From positions 19,202,792 through 19,266,791 of the forward strand of contig NC_081367.1 in the NCBI RefSeq assembly GCF_030684315.1: a DNA stretch of 64,000 bases. Direction: 5' to 3'. Under the pieces are notes generated by a model. That model ran no database searches and was not told the DNA's origin. It was given only the letters and a program-made list of their open reading frames with translations. The DNA is from Stegostoma tigrinum. Lineage: Eukaryota. Positions 25,751-39,670 of this stretch are shown here, piece by piece (the first letter of the stretch is position 1; the number at the start of each line of letters is the position of its first letter). The translations under genes were made by a program, and so were the position numbers.

Positions 25751-28700
25751 ATGATTATCAGTTCGTGGAGATTTTTCAGCCTTTAGTTTCATCAATTTTC
25801 CCAACACCAATTCCTTACTAATACTGATACCTTCAGTTCCTCACTCTCGCTAAACTCTCCATTCCCAAACATTTTTGGGACATTATTTGTGTCCTTCTTT
25901 AAGAAGACAAAACCAAAACATCTATTTAATTGGTCTGCCATTGTAATCCATTATAACTTGCCCTGTCTCTGACTGTAAGGGACTTATATTTGTCTTCACT
26001 GATCCTTTTCTCTTCACATAACAATTGAAGTTTTTACAATCAGTTAGTATATTCCCCATAAGCTGACTCTCATATTCTATTGTTCCTGTCTTAGTAAATC
26101 CTCTTATCCTTCTTTGCTCAAATCTCAACTGCTGCCAATCCTCAGGTTTGCTGATTTTTTTGGCCAAGTTGGATGTTCCTTCTTGGATTTAAAACTATCC
26201 CGAGTTTCCCTAGCTAGCCATGGTCAAGCTATGTTTTCAGTTTTATTTTTGTGTCAGGCAGGGATAAATAATTAAGGCAGTTGCTCCATGCACTTTTTAA
26301 ATGCTTGCTACTGCTTATGCATCATTATGTCTTTTTTCCAAAGTAACATTTTATCATAGTTATCTCTCGCTTCCTAACATCATTGTTTCCTTTATTTAGA
26401 TTCAGGACCCTAGTCTTAGAATCAACTGCATCACGCCCGTTTAAGAGAAAAGATTCTGTTTTATTATGGCCAGTCTTCTTCCAAGTGGCCTTGCATTACT
26501 AGATTGCTAATTATTCCTTTCTTGTTGCACAGTACCAAGTATAGGATGACCTCTTCTCTGGTTGGTTCTTCAACAGATTGATCTGGAAAAACCATTAAGT
26601 ACACACGTTAAACCAGATAACATCTGTTCGTCACTTTACTTCAACATCTCTGCAGCTACTAATTTGTCAAACTTCAGCGTAATTTCCATCTTTTGATGCT
26701 CTACTCCCCATTCAAATTATTGTAACTATTCAATGCAGCTTTGCTCACTGAAGACTTCCAACATGAATGGATGTGGCTGTTTGCTGTTCACTGCCACAAC
26801 TTGCTGAACACACAAAGCACTATTGCATTAAGTTTTTGTTCGTTAGAAGTGCTCATTATTCCAGTTTTTGTCCTGGAATGAAAAAATAACCTCTGGCTTC
26901 TTCTCTCTACAATAACCCATCTTCTTGAAACCTTCTCCCATCTACTCTACATTCACTTCCATCAAAATGTGCAAGGAATTCATAGATATATTTATCACTA
27001 GAAGTGAATCCATACAATCTACAGCATTTATTGTTTTTCCCTTCTTCACCAGCCCACCAAAGCTAAATTTCATTAAAGCTCCCTGTGATTTAGCCCTGAA
27101 TTCAAATAGTTTCTTAAAATTTGTTTATTTCCTATTCTCTCTGAGTTCATATCGTCTTTGAAACACACAACTTGTTCCTTTGATTTGTTCCAACTAACCC
27201 TCTGACTGCTCAACATCCCCTTCTGTCGGCCTTTTCTGTAAATTAATCTTTCTTCAGATGCTGTCCTTCTCTCTTTTAAACATAATGTCATCTTTCCTCT
27301 TCTGGAAAACCAATCCTTTATGAAATCCTTGCAAACTACCATTCCAAATCTTTTACTCTTCCCCAATTTGTACCCTTGTTTCCTGAAATTTCATTTTTGA
27401 ATCCTTCTAAACAAGTTTCTGCCCCTGTCACTTACAGAAAGTACTTTCAAACTCTGCTCCTTAGCTACTGACTCCATCACTTTGCCTGGTAACTGCGTGA
27501 GGCTGATGTGTTCATACCTTTGGTGTCACATTTAACCCTGAAGTAAGCTTTTGTCCATATAACTGTGCCATCACGAAGGAGATAATTTATTTCCATCAAT
27601 ATGCCTTCACTGTATCTCAGCTCATCTGCATCTGAAATCATTGCTCATATCTATGTTCCTTCTAGACCCAACCATTCTGTGCACTCCAAACTAATCTTCT
27701 CCATTTTACCCTTTGCAGATTCAGGGTCATTCAAAACTTTGGCGCCCAAATCCTATTTTTATTCATTGATGGTCTATTGCCAGTGGCTGGGCCAGTATTT
27801 ATTATTCATCATTAATTGCCTTTGAGAAGGTGGTGATGAGCAGGAATTTCCTCCAATTAAATTCTTCTTGAACTGCTTAAGTTCATTTGGTGTAAATAGA
27901 ACAACAATACTGTTAGGGAGGGAGGTCCAAGATTTTGACCCAACAACAGTGAATAAACTATGATTTGTTCACCACATAACTGCTGCTCTTGTCCTTCTAA
28001 ATGATAGCAGTAACGGGTTTTTGAACATGTTTTCAAAAGTTGCTGTTGCCTATGCACCACCATGTCTTTCCTCCAAAGTAAAATTCGCAATTTATCATAG
28101 ATTTTTCATGCTTCCTAAAATTTATAATTCGCAGCTAGTCCTGTTCACCCATCACTCCTCTGCTCATTAACTACACTAGGTTATTTTAAATACTCCTGCT
28201 TAGTCTCAATTACCTTCATGCCCTCCCTCCTCCACATCTCTGAAATTTCCTCCAGTCCCACAACCCTATGACATATCCCTAAACGTGGCCTATTTTAATT
28301 GTTCCAGCTGCCAAGGTCCTAAGTTATGAAATTTACACTCTTAATCTCTCATTTATCTTTCATTTTTTAAGATACTCCTTGTTAAACCACTTTGATTGAC
28401 CATTTGATTATCTGCCCAATATCTCCTTATGTAATCCAGTATCAGTGTTCTGTTATAATGTCTATGTGAAACCCTTTGAAACACCATTCTAGTAATTAAA
28501 AGTTTTGGTCGTCTGAACTAAAATCTCCTTATGTTTGCTGCTGTTACATTTTAATGTACATATTATGTATATATTATATATATAATGCTTCTGTCTTGAG
28601 ATGTTTCAGTATGTTAAAAACACTGTATAAATATAAATTATTGCTGTGTTTCATTGTTGTCAACTGAATCCAATATCTGCATGCATTCTGACTGAAAGTT

Positions 28701-28962
28701 CTACATAACTGAAGCATGGTTTCCTCATTAAGCCAAAATTCAATCTGGTTACCTCTGAATGAGTTACATAGGAATCAATAAAAAGAGCCATCAGTTAGGC
28801 GAAGGTAGAAATGTTTGACCATGTGTAAAATATGAAAAAGGCGTTTCTTGAGTAACGTAAATTTTGCAAAATCTGCTAAAAGAAAAATTGAGTGATATAA
28901 AAATAATCTTACTTAGTTATAAATCTGAATAATGTAAGTAAATCAGCAAAACTAGAACTTAC

Positions 28963-29059
28963 TTTGAAAGTAGACAGCTATATTCTGGAATCATAAACAA
29001 GGTTTGCAGAAGGGCATTTACACAACAGTTGTTGCTTGTATTGGCGAGTCTCACAAATA
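28963..29059 (-). CDS. USP18: USP18-like protease, Cys-box exon ((I)FVRLANTSNNCCVNALLQTLFMIPEYSCLLS)
   Basis: ttttcatag acceptor, gtaagt donor, 97 nt, phase 1 in and 2 out. The CC doublet is like recalled USP18 TCCLNSLIQ. Exon sizes 97/146/80/150/96/159/132/62 closely follow my recollection of human USP18 (97/146/80/147/96/168/132/50). Confidence 0.95.
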
Positions 29060-29329
29060 CTATGAAAAGAAATAATATATTACCCACATTTTTGAGATAA
29101 CCTTTACATTCAATGAACTGCAGCTTCAAGCTTCCAGTATGCATAATTGATTTGGATGGCCACTACACGTTTCTAACAAATTATACTGTGAATTTTCTCC
29201 CAAGTTATTTCCTCTACTCAGGGAATAAGCCAGTAAAGAGAAAAGCAATTTCACATTTATATCTATCACAAACAACTGATTCCAATTTTGAGGCCCCCAC
29301 CCCCACCCCAATGAGTATTAATCAGAATC

Positions 29330-29630
29330 ATCACAGAGTTCCTACACTATGGAAGCAGGCCGTTTAGCCCTTCAAGTCCACACCAACCGCTCCAAAGAGC
29401 ATCCCGACCATACTCATTCTTCTACCCTATCCCTGTAACCCTGAGTTCCCCCTCCACTTTGCCTGCACATCCCTGGACACTATGGGTAATTTAGCATGGG
29501 CAATCCAACTAACCTGCACGTCTTTGGATTGTGGCAGGAAACCAGAGCACCCGGGGAAACCCACACAGACATGGGGAGAATGTGTAAACTCCACACAGAA
29601 ACAAATCCACTGAACCACCATGCCGCCCTA
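29330..29630 (-). mobile_element. HE1-like V-SINE
   Basis: gggcggcatggtggttcagtgg head and ggtttccccgggtgctctggtttcctgccac core on the minus strand. Confidence 0.8.
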
Positions 29631-30252
29631 TAGAACTTGAATCACAGTTATCAATCTGAACAAGTCTCCACAAACAACAATGGAATAGATTATTTAAATT
29701 TATTTATTTAATTTATTCATCTGTTTAAATTGTACAGCTTGACTCACAAGGTAGAAACTTTAAATTTGTTATTGTACCCGTGTAATTGTTTTTATCTTCT
29801 GCACAAGTACATAAGTTTAATTTCTTTGGCAATGTACTTCTTCAGTGCTTCAATGGAGCATTAGGTTAATTTATATCAATAAATCCCACTGTTGGACAAC
29901 CATTTGACTCAGATTTGAGCAGTACTACTGAGACAAACTCGTGCTTCGACCATCAGTTCTACATGGAGCATTCCCACATCCCAAGAGCATTAGAACCAGA
30001 AAATTCCACAGAGCATTTTGTATATCTTTCCTGCAGAAGCCTGCAACTGTTCAAGTGCAATACAAATGATTGAGAGGCCAGAAATACAGGCACAACAACT
30101 GAAATAAACAGGGCATTAAAATTGGCCAACAAGCAAAGTATGCTGGGAATGCCTGAGCCAAGACAGATACAAAAGACAATTCTGCCTCAGATGAAGTCCT
30201 TACAAGATCCAAGCCCAAACAACTGAAACCAGAGAGGTACCACAACACCATC

Positions 30253-30494
30253 AGAAGTTGCTGGAAAAGCTCAGCAGGTCTGGCAGCATCTGTGAAGAAA
30301 AAAATCAGACTAATGTTTCGGGTCCGGTTACCCTTCCTCAGAACTAAGAACTGAGGTTCTGAGGAAGGGTCACCAGGCCTAAAATGTTAACTCTGACTTT
30401 TTCTTCACAGATGCTGCCAGACCTGCTGAGCTTTTTCAACAACTTCTGTTTTTGTTCCTCATTTACAGCATCCACAGTTCTTTTGGTTTTTGTT
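30253..30494. mobile_element. Palindromic mini-Penelope (same family as 4497-4738)
   Basis: Inverted arms around ctcagaact/aggttctgag; direct repeat aggtaccacaacac at 30235-30248 and 30495-30508. Confidence 0.75.
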
Positions 30495-32203
30495 AGGTAC
30501 CACAACACATCAGGAAGTGTGCAAAGGCAACTCAACCTTTCCTGACAAACAAGTACGAGATGCATGAGGCAGAGATGCCTCAGTAAGACAAAATAGCAAG
30601 TGTATATTCTGTGATAATGGGAACTGCAGATGCTGGAGAATCCAAAATAATAAAATGTGAGGCTGGATGAACACAGCAGGCCCAGCAGCATCTCAGCAGT
30701 GTATATTCTGATATGAAGCCAGACTTCCAGGCCCAACAGCCGACACAGCAAAGGGGTCACTGTTAAACAAGCCATCGAGAGCCATTAGCAGCATTTCAAG
30801 GTGATAAAGCCAACTAATTTGATGCCTCTGATTGGTCAAGTCCTTTGAAAGTTCCAGAAGGTAACCAGCAGGGTATAAACACCCAGCCCGCAGGACTTGG
30901 GTACCCCCAAACTCTCCAGCCTACCGAGAGGCACTTCATGATACAGCACTGAACACAGCAGCTCACCCTCTGACCAGAGAGAGAATCAGCCCATGAAGAG
31001 AGGAACAGAGCAAACAATTGCACAAATCAACAAAGTTACAATTATCTGTTAAGTATTTCCAGTTTCTAAAGAATTGGATAGTTAGCAATAGAATTGTTAG
31101 AAGTGTAAAATTTAATGTTTAACTTTTGTCTTCAAATAAAGTTGTGACCTAGTTCACTGACACCAAACTCTTGCTGTTAGTCCTTTCCCGATACATGCTA
31201 AGATGCCTGGGTAAATTAATATTGTGTACGCTGACTGAGGAGTCTGCGGGGTCTTAGAGATACTCTGCTCCAGTCAACATTACCCAAACAGATGAGAGAA
31301 ACATTAGGAGCTAAAGATGATGCATGCTGTACCAGACGCACATGCTAACACTCTGGTGATAGAGGGAATAATCACTGAAAATAAAACCAATATGGAATAG
31401 GCTATTCCAGCTTACTCCATAGGCAATACAAACTCTCATCTGGGATAAGACCCCATGGGACTAAACTAATAAAGACATATTTTTCTTATCACAACTGCTA
31501 TATAAGTTGGCCACAGGTATTGTTTTGCCTGTTTTGAAGTGATCATATTAGACTAGAACTGTTTGTCTTAACAGTTACCATCAAACCTACTGAATTTTTC
31601 CAATATTTTCTGCTTTTACTTTTGATCTTCAGTATCCTAATATTTTGTTTCTATTTGAATGTCTTTGTCCACTTATCTTTAACAATTTATCTTAAAATTA
31701 AGGGACAGATTTCAACAAAATCTGGTATTGAGATATAGTATGAGCCATGGAAGATCAGATTAATATTCGGTTAATTTGTAGATCTGTAATTTGTTTAAGG
31801 GAGTGGTCAATGTTGGAGGATTGGAGGAATTAGCCTTTTTTTAACAACATTTGCATTATTATTGGCGTACTAGCATTGTTAACTGTTTTCGAACGGTTGT
31901 CTCAGCCACTGAGGTGCAATTTGTACACAGGTGTCAAAATGTTTTTTTTAAGAGCTTGAATGCAAATTGGCTTGAAGCTTCATCAATGAGACAGAAGCTC
32001 TTAATAAGGAGGGTTTTTTTCATATTTTCAGGAGCATCAACGAGGTAAGGAAAAGCCTCAAGGAAGATTTGTGTAATTGTAATGGGCCACTCTACTGAGC
32101 ATTCTCTTCAATTGTTGTAGTCAGTTATTCACCATAAGATTCACTTGGTTATATCTTTAACATTTTTTTCCAAAAATATATGTTATTCATAAAATGGACT
32201 TAC

Positions 32204-32345
32204 TTTGATTGCTGCAAGAAATTCTGGAAAGCATTTGTTGGTAGTCTGGGTTAACAGTGTTTTGTTTGTGGTTACCATAATATGTAACACGATTTATTGT
32301 GTTTTCTGAAGAAAGCAGCCTTGCATCACTTTTTCGTTTTCTTTC
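32204..32345 (-). CDS. USP18: USP18-like protease, N-terminal linker exon (ERKRKSDARLLSSENTINRVTYYGNHKQNTVNPDYQQMLSRISCSNQ)
   Basis: ctgtttcag acceptor, A|gtaagt donor, 142 nt open, phase 1 out matching the Cys-box exon. No homology support. Confidence 0.7.
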
Positions 32346-33777
32346 CTGAAACAGATAGATGTGGAGTTGGGTCATCCTTTACACAAATTCATTCCAAGCC
32401 TTGCAGCTTGTGAATGATAGAATACTGCTAATAAGCATTTCCATGAAAAATAAAGTGGAGATTATAGCTGTTGAGCAATAAATTCATTTGTACATGCTCA
32501 GATATTAGGATTGTGAGGGATAGTACAACCAGATTAGACAAATGTACAATACATCAAATAGTGATGTATACATGATTTTACATATTCTAATATAGGCTTA
32601 ACATAGCAATAAGTGGTTACTGTTAATGTGTTGACACCCTATTTCAGGAAATTATTAAGATCATCAAAAAGGTTTGTGTGCAAACCAAATATTGATGTTT
32701 GATTGAAAAATGACATATCCATTATAATTTGGAGATAGCAAGAACTGCAGTTGCTGGAGTCAGAGACAAATATTGTGTGGAGCTGGAGGAACACAGCAGG
32801 CCAGGCAGCATTAGAAGAACAGGAAAGTTGATGTTTCGGGTCAAGGGTGCTGACCTGAAACATCAACTTTTCTGCTCATCTGTTGCTGTCTCTCCTGCTG
32901 TGTTCCTCCAGCTCCACACTGTGTTGTTTTATGTCCATTATTATTGCTGGCTTGGAGCTTTTAAACTTCAAGTCTGGTTTGCTGGCTGTGCAAGCATTTA
33001 TTGCCCATCCCTAATTACCCTTGAGAAAGTGACGGTGAGCTTCCTTCTTGAACTGCTGAAATGCATTTCGCTCAGACAGACCAATAATACCATCATGGGG
33101 GAAGATATATTTCCAAGTCAAAATAGTGAGGAACTTTGAAGAGATATTGCAGATGGTAGCATTCCCAGGTATCTGCTGCCCTTGACCTTCTAGATGATCA
33201 TTGTTGTGGATTTGGAAGGTACTATGTATGGAGCTATGGTGAATTTTTGAATTGCATCTTGTAGAAAGCGCTGAGTGTTGGTGGTGGAGTCAATGAATGT
33301 CTGTGCATGTGATAAAAATCAAGCAGGCTAGTCGGTCTTGTATAGCAGCAAGTTCCTCGAGTGTTGTGGTTTGGGGGCTCAGGAGATGAGTCGCTACAGG
33401 ATTCTTAGTCTCTGACTTGGTCCTGTAGCCACTGTATATATACATATATATATGACAGCTCAGTTTCTGAACTAATACTTTGTACAAACCCAACTGAAAC
33501 ACTGACTTATACATGCCTCTCAGTTCTCCTGGTACTCAAAAAGGTCAAAGGCAAGAAAGAGAAGATCTTATCCTTACCAAAGCATTTGCAAGCTGAGGCT
33601 GATTTAAACAGCATTCTAGATGCTGGGCTATACATCAATGAACACCAAGAGGGGGATGGCAGCATTGTAAGGAACTCTGCTTCAGAATTTGGTAGGTACA
33701 GAGTGACTCTAAATTTGAATTGTTAAGAAGTCTACCAGTTAAGGAAGCTAATGGCAAAGAGATGAAACTTGGGAAAG

Positions 33778-33995
33778 GGATGCTGGCAACTGCAGATGCT
33801 GGAGAATCCAAGATAACAAAGTGTGGAGCTGGATGAACACAGCAGGCCAAGCAGCATCTTAGGAGCACAAAAGCTGATGTTTCGGGCCTAGACCCTTCAT
33901 TAGAGAGAAAGGGTCTGGGCCCGAAACGTCAGCTTTTGTGCTCCTAAGATGCTGCTTGCCCTGCTGTGTTCATCCAGCTCCACACTTTGTTATCT
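33778..33995. mobile_element. Palindromic mini-Penelope
   Basis: Two inverted Penelope termini; 15-bp TSD tgaaacttgggaaag at 33763-33777 and 33996-34010. Confidence 0.8.
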
Positions 33996-36900
33996 TGAAA
34001 CTTGGGAAAGCTACTTTTGGACAATGACAGATAATCACACATCAGCTAATCCCTTTAAGATGCTGTATCATTCACTCATGAACATGCCAACAGCCTTACA
34101 GCTATTTTGATAGCATACTCTGGCTGACTTTTATGAAGACAACATGAAAATCCAGGTCTATTTTCACTGGAGCAGAGGAGCCCAAGAAAGGAATTAATAT
34201 AGATTCACTTAATCGTAAGAGTTGTTGATCGCGTAAAGAAAGACAAACCCAATATATTTCCTCTGCTTAGGGAGGCAAGAACAGAAGATAATTAATTTCA
34301 AACTCTCTTTTAAAAAGTTCCTTCATTATGTCATGATGGCAGATCAAAAGTTTGAGGTTCTTATGGAATTATTAAACTTTTAATTCCAGCATGTGTTTTC
34401 ATTAAATGAGGGCACTACAGTTGATAGTAAAGGATAACTAGAATGATTGTCTTGCAGAGTGTTGTACAGACCCTTGGAATGTCCACACTTGAAGAGAGTT
34501 AGGAAAACTTCAAAAAAGACTGAAAAGGGAATCGATTACAAGAAGCTGATTCCCTCTGGTTATGTTTCACCTTTGTGGGGATTAAAAACCAACTGCAACC
34601 CTTGTTCTGCACATGTTCGAGGCCTGACCTACAAGTGTGTGGAATCATGTGCTGTGAAGCTGACAGTGTGAGAACAGCCATTATGCACTTGTATACTGCA
34701 GGTAAAGGGAAAAAAATACTCTCTAACTTTAGAAAATACTTCCTAACATTAAGAAAATACTCTCTAATTTTAAGTGCTGGCTGCCAGCCACTGTTGAAAG
34801 GAACCAGGAAAAATAATTGTATTCAAACTGTAAACACAAACCGACAATTAAATGTTCAACTATCAGTGTCAACACTATCAGTACCACCTCATGTTACAGC
34901 TACAACTTAATACTATCCCCTCTTCACAAATGACTCAGACTTAATTTGAAAGAAAAATCAGATTTGCATCTTGGCCCTAATCTGCGTACATGTGTTGAAT
35001 TATTGTTTCTTTTTGTGTTTAGAAACTAATAAACTCAGTATTTTATTAACTTAAGAAAGCCTGGTAATTTGACTCCTTTTAAAACATTAGCTTGGTTGGG
35101 GAGAAAGATGTCCACAAAGAGAAAGGTCCTTTTTAAATTAACCTTGATGCGATTAACCAGAGTCAGTCATTCTTCCTCACCCAAGACGTTAATAATTTGG
35201 AGCATCTCATCTGAAACACTAATAAATGGGGCTTGCTCATAACAACAGTCACAGTGGCAAAGTCCTGGAGCTTCCTTCCTAGCAGCACTGAGTATATATC
35301 TACATCCAGCATCTACAGTGGTACGTGAAGGCAGCTCACCATCGCATTCTCCAGGACAATTGGGAATGGACAATAAATGCTAGTCAAGCAGCAATGACCA
35401 CATTTCATGAATGAAATTTTAAAAATGATTAAAAACTTCTTTTTAAGATTGTTAGGAAATGGGATATTTAATCACAGAGAATAGAGGAAACTGGAATTTT
35501 CAAAACTAAATGTTGGATAAATATTTGAAAGCAAAGGGAGATTCAAGGCACTGAGAGAAAACAAGATTAGTTTTCAACTACTCCAATAATGAACATATTG
35601 CATCTGTGGGGTGCCTGTGTTGCAAATGCTTAGGAATCTATCTGGTTGATTGCAACTTTGTGATTTATGTGTGGTTCAGTATTAGAAGCAGAAAGGAGAT
35701 GTATTTGATAAGGGATCATAAAACTTGCCTTTTGTTATGGCATGGAGACAGACAGACAAATAAAATGAGCCTTTCTATCTCTGTATTCGTAATTAATTAA
35801 TACTTCTAGTAAGTAATAAGTAAAATTAATACTTTCAAAAACCAACAAAATTGATCCTAATGGTTTCTAACCAAATTTTTGAATAATGTTTCCCAGATTC
35901 TGTGAATAACCAATTCCAGACACCAGTTGCTGTCTTAATCAAAATCTTGGCAGCTTATTACCAATTATAGTGTTCAGCAGAGCAAAACGTAAACCTGGGT
36001 TTCCAGCCCTACTCACACAAAAGGCAGACAGAAAACACAGTTTAGGGATAAATCAAAGAAAATAACAAAACTAGCCAGATTAGCTAGAAATGATTTTCAT
36101 GATGTATTGTTCCACAGGCATAGATGATGGTTTCTTCAACAATTTTCTGAAGATGTCCACCAGGGTCACATTTACAGTTCATTCAGGCAGTAATAACTGT
36201 GATTTAGTTTTTTTATTCTCTGAGCTTCCAAGAACTGCTAAGGGGAGGTAGGCAGGGAGCTGTGAAATCTTGATGCTGTAGTATTAGTGGCTCTTTTATC
36301 GTAAACCCAGGCCAAAAACCCAACTCAAACTCTGATCATTTCCTGACAGACTGACAGTCTCCTGTACAGTTACCATCCCACATATGCCACCTACTTGAGC
36401 AAAAGGTCTTTTCCAGATTTGCTGCAACCAATTCTGAAGTATAGATCTAATTAATTGCCATCTTCTGTTATCTGGTTAAACATAATGCTCTTCCCCAGTG
36501 ATGAAGCATCTGCCAAATCTTTCGACCAGGAACCAACCAGCAATTAATTTCCAGGCCTCGTCATCCAATTAAACAAAGTCTTTTTTGATCTATAACAAAG
36601 TGTGGAGCTGGATGAACACAGGAGGCCAAGCAGCATCTTGTGCTGCTTGGCCTGCTGTATTCATCCAGCTCCACACTTTGTTAACTCGGACTCTCCAGCA
36701 ACTGCAGTTCCCATTAGCTCTTGTTTGATCTATTTTCCTTTTAATACCAACTGTTATCCTGCAATCAAAAGTCACCGTTACCAGTTTACAGCTCCAAACC
36801 AAAATTAATAAAAGTATAAAATAAAAATAATGTGACGGCTCCAACACTTCTCAAGAAGTAGAACTTCTTTGACATGGTTGAACAATTTATAAATACCTCA

Positions 36901-37248
36901 AGTAAGCAATTCTTGAATGCACTGATGAGATTAGTACTTTTGATACATTTAAGATTGCTTCAACATATGTTTCATTCACCTTTCTTGAATGTGTGGAACT
37001 TGAATTCGTTTCAGAAAAAATCTTATGTAAAATAATATTTTCTATTAAGTTGGAAGCATATTGCTTCTTCATAAGTCAATCCACTACTATGGATTTAATA
37101 AACCTAACTTCTCCAAGAATTAACACAGCAATGTAAAGCACAGACAGTCCTTGCAACAAGATGTCATTTTTCAAATAAATGTATGAAAAAAAGTGAAAAT
37201 GTATATTTTTTATTCATTCCGTCAATTTTAAAAATTGTTCATGCTTAC

Positions 37249-37312
37249 TGTGGATTCCTTTCTGGGACCTTTGTTTATTCCATGACACTTATTTTGATTG
37301 TACATTTCATGT
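37249..37312 (-). CDS. Candidate upstream exon of the USP18-like gene (HEMYNQNKCHGINKGPRKEST, internal ATG at 37305)
   Basis: ttttcag acceptor, gtaagc donor, phase 0 out fits exon 32345. Supported by splice signals only. Confidence 0.4.
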
Positions 37313-38959
37313 CTGAAAACTCAAGATCAGATTTCTCTCCTGTTTGTTTCATTGTATGACCTATCTGGAAGTCTTTGCTTTTAATCAACAGAGCATATAT
37401 CAGGTCAATTGAATATACTGTGATATAGAGTGAATCCATTATAAAATTTCAGCTATTTCATTAGTCTATATTCTGCTGCGATAGATCTTTTAAACAAAAA
37501 CAAATAAGATCTGTAAACTTGTCAGCAATGTATTTATGAAATAAGTAAAGGAAAAGAAAATTTAGTAGGGAAGTCTTACATACTTTTAGAAGCTTTTTTT
37601 GCAACAAATCAGTCTATAAATTGTCGATATATGAGATAAAGCAACTCTTAGGAGTGTTTTAAATGTGTTCTAACCACAAGCAGAATATTTAGATTTACTT
37701 GCCAAACCAAGTTATTAGACTGACGTTGGTGTAACATGTTAGGCCTCTTAGGTCCCTGACCCTGTGCCCTTCAGCTATTGTCCTGGAGTACTCTGCTACT
37801 TTAGACTTTTAAACAAAAACAAACATGATTAATAAATTTACCAAAAATGTAGCTAGTTGACAAATCTGAGGTGATACATTTTGGGTCGAAGAATGAGGGA
37901 AATCTAAAGAGGCCACAGAAAGCGAGAGATGTGGGTGAAAATGCATACAAATGGTGGCAAGGTAGGCTGAGAAATTAGTCAACATGAATATGGGATCTGG
38001 GCTTTATAAAGGCATAAAATACAATAGTATGGAAGATAAGATGAACCTTTAGAAGACACTGGTTCAATCTTAATGGAAGCATTGTGTCTGATTCTGGGGC
38101 CACACTGTTGAAAGTTTGGCAATGGGGAAGGGAGCGGAAGAGAACATATAAAATTGTTTCAGAAATGATGGACTTTACTTCCATTGACAGATTGAGGTAA
38201 CTGTGATTGCTATCCTTAGAAGTTATGAGAGATGTGTGGCTGAATTACGGAAGATTTTCTTTAAATGTTGAGAACTTTGGCGTTGGAACTAAACTGTTTG
38301 GCAAAAAAAAACAAAGGCAACATGAAGAAAAATGCTATTTTTACAAAAGAGAATTTGGTAAGATGCTGACAAGAAAATATTTGGAAGGAAGGAGAGGAAG
38401 TAGGATGAGATAAATTGTTCTTGCAGGGAAGTGGACAAACTTGATGGACCATTTTGTCTCCTTCTGTGCTATAAACATTCTATGATTTTGTAAGACACAA
38501 AAACAAAAGTGCTGCAGAAACACAGCAGGTCTGACAACATCTGTATTTTTTTAAAAAGTTAAAATACTGCTGATTTGTGTCTTCTGTGTCAGCATTCAGG
38601 TTTGGATATGAAAACAAGTTTAAGAAAAAATATGAAGAATAATTTTGAAGACAGTAATCTTGAGCATAATTTGTTCCAAAATCAGCAACCAGGCACAAAG
38701 TTTCCACTGTATAAAACCATCACCTCTTCAACATTGTCATGGACCAGACTAGAACCCTCAAAATATATTAAGAAAGAAGCCTAGATCCTAATTTTGTATT
38801 TTTTTAAGGTAAATGTGAGATGCTGTGTTCCAGATGTAATTTGAACGGTCAAACTACTTGATGTTAAGCAAAACACAGTTTATTGAAACACAACTGAAAA
38901 AATTCCATCCACCTGTCTTTGTATTCATTTTTATTGTAGAAGGCTGTTTTGGAAAATGG

Positions 38960-39670
38960 TGTGCAACTCTCGTCTCCCTGCTGAAGGAAGGATGTTGTGA
39001 AACTTGAAAAAGCTCAGAAAAAATTTACAACAATGTTGTCAGGGCTCGAGGGATTGAACTATTGAGAAAGGCTGAACAGCTGGGACTATTTTCCCTGGAG
39101 CAATGGAGGCTGAGGAGTGACCTTATGGAGGTTTATAAAATCATGAGGGGCATGGATAGGGTAAATAGACAAGGTCTTTTTCCACAGAATATGGGGATCC
39201 AAAACTAGAGGTTTTGTATCCAAAAATGGATACAAAGACAAGTTGATGAAATTTACTCGGTCCAGTCAAACTGCAATTCCAGTTATCAATCACATTAAAC
39301 GAGGAGTATCAATATGATGAAATATTTTAATCTTGTGATGATGTGTGGCTTTAAGTGGTTGTTTTGTCCTTTTTCTTTGAAAAGCGAAGTTTTAACACAG
39401 AGTTTACAGAGCTGTCTAGTGAGAGGGGCAAGATTTAAAAGGGACCAAAGGAACAACTTTTTCACACAGAGGGTGGTGTGTGTATGAAAGAAGCTGCCAG
39501 GCAAAGTGGTGGAGGTTGGTACAATTTCAACATTTAAAGGACATCTGGAGGGGTAAAAAAGGTTTACAAGGATAAGGGCTTAATGCTGGCAAATAGAATT
39601 AGATCTAGGATATTTGGCCCGGAAGGATGAGTTGGACTAAAGATCTGTTTCCCGGCAGTACATTTCTAAG
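38960..39670 (+). mobile_element. CR1 LINE 3' fragment
   Basis: gaaggaaggatgttgtgaaacttgaaa...ttttccctggagcaatggaggctgagg...tttttcacacagagggtggtg is typical CR1 3' sequence. Confidence 0.8.

Noticed and set aside
36887-37072. Another possible USP 5' exon (IFSETNSSSTHSRK, gtgaat donor)
   Set aside because: Weak splice sites, AT-rich, no homology, and not needed to keep the frame.
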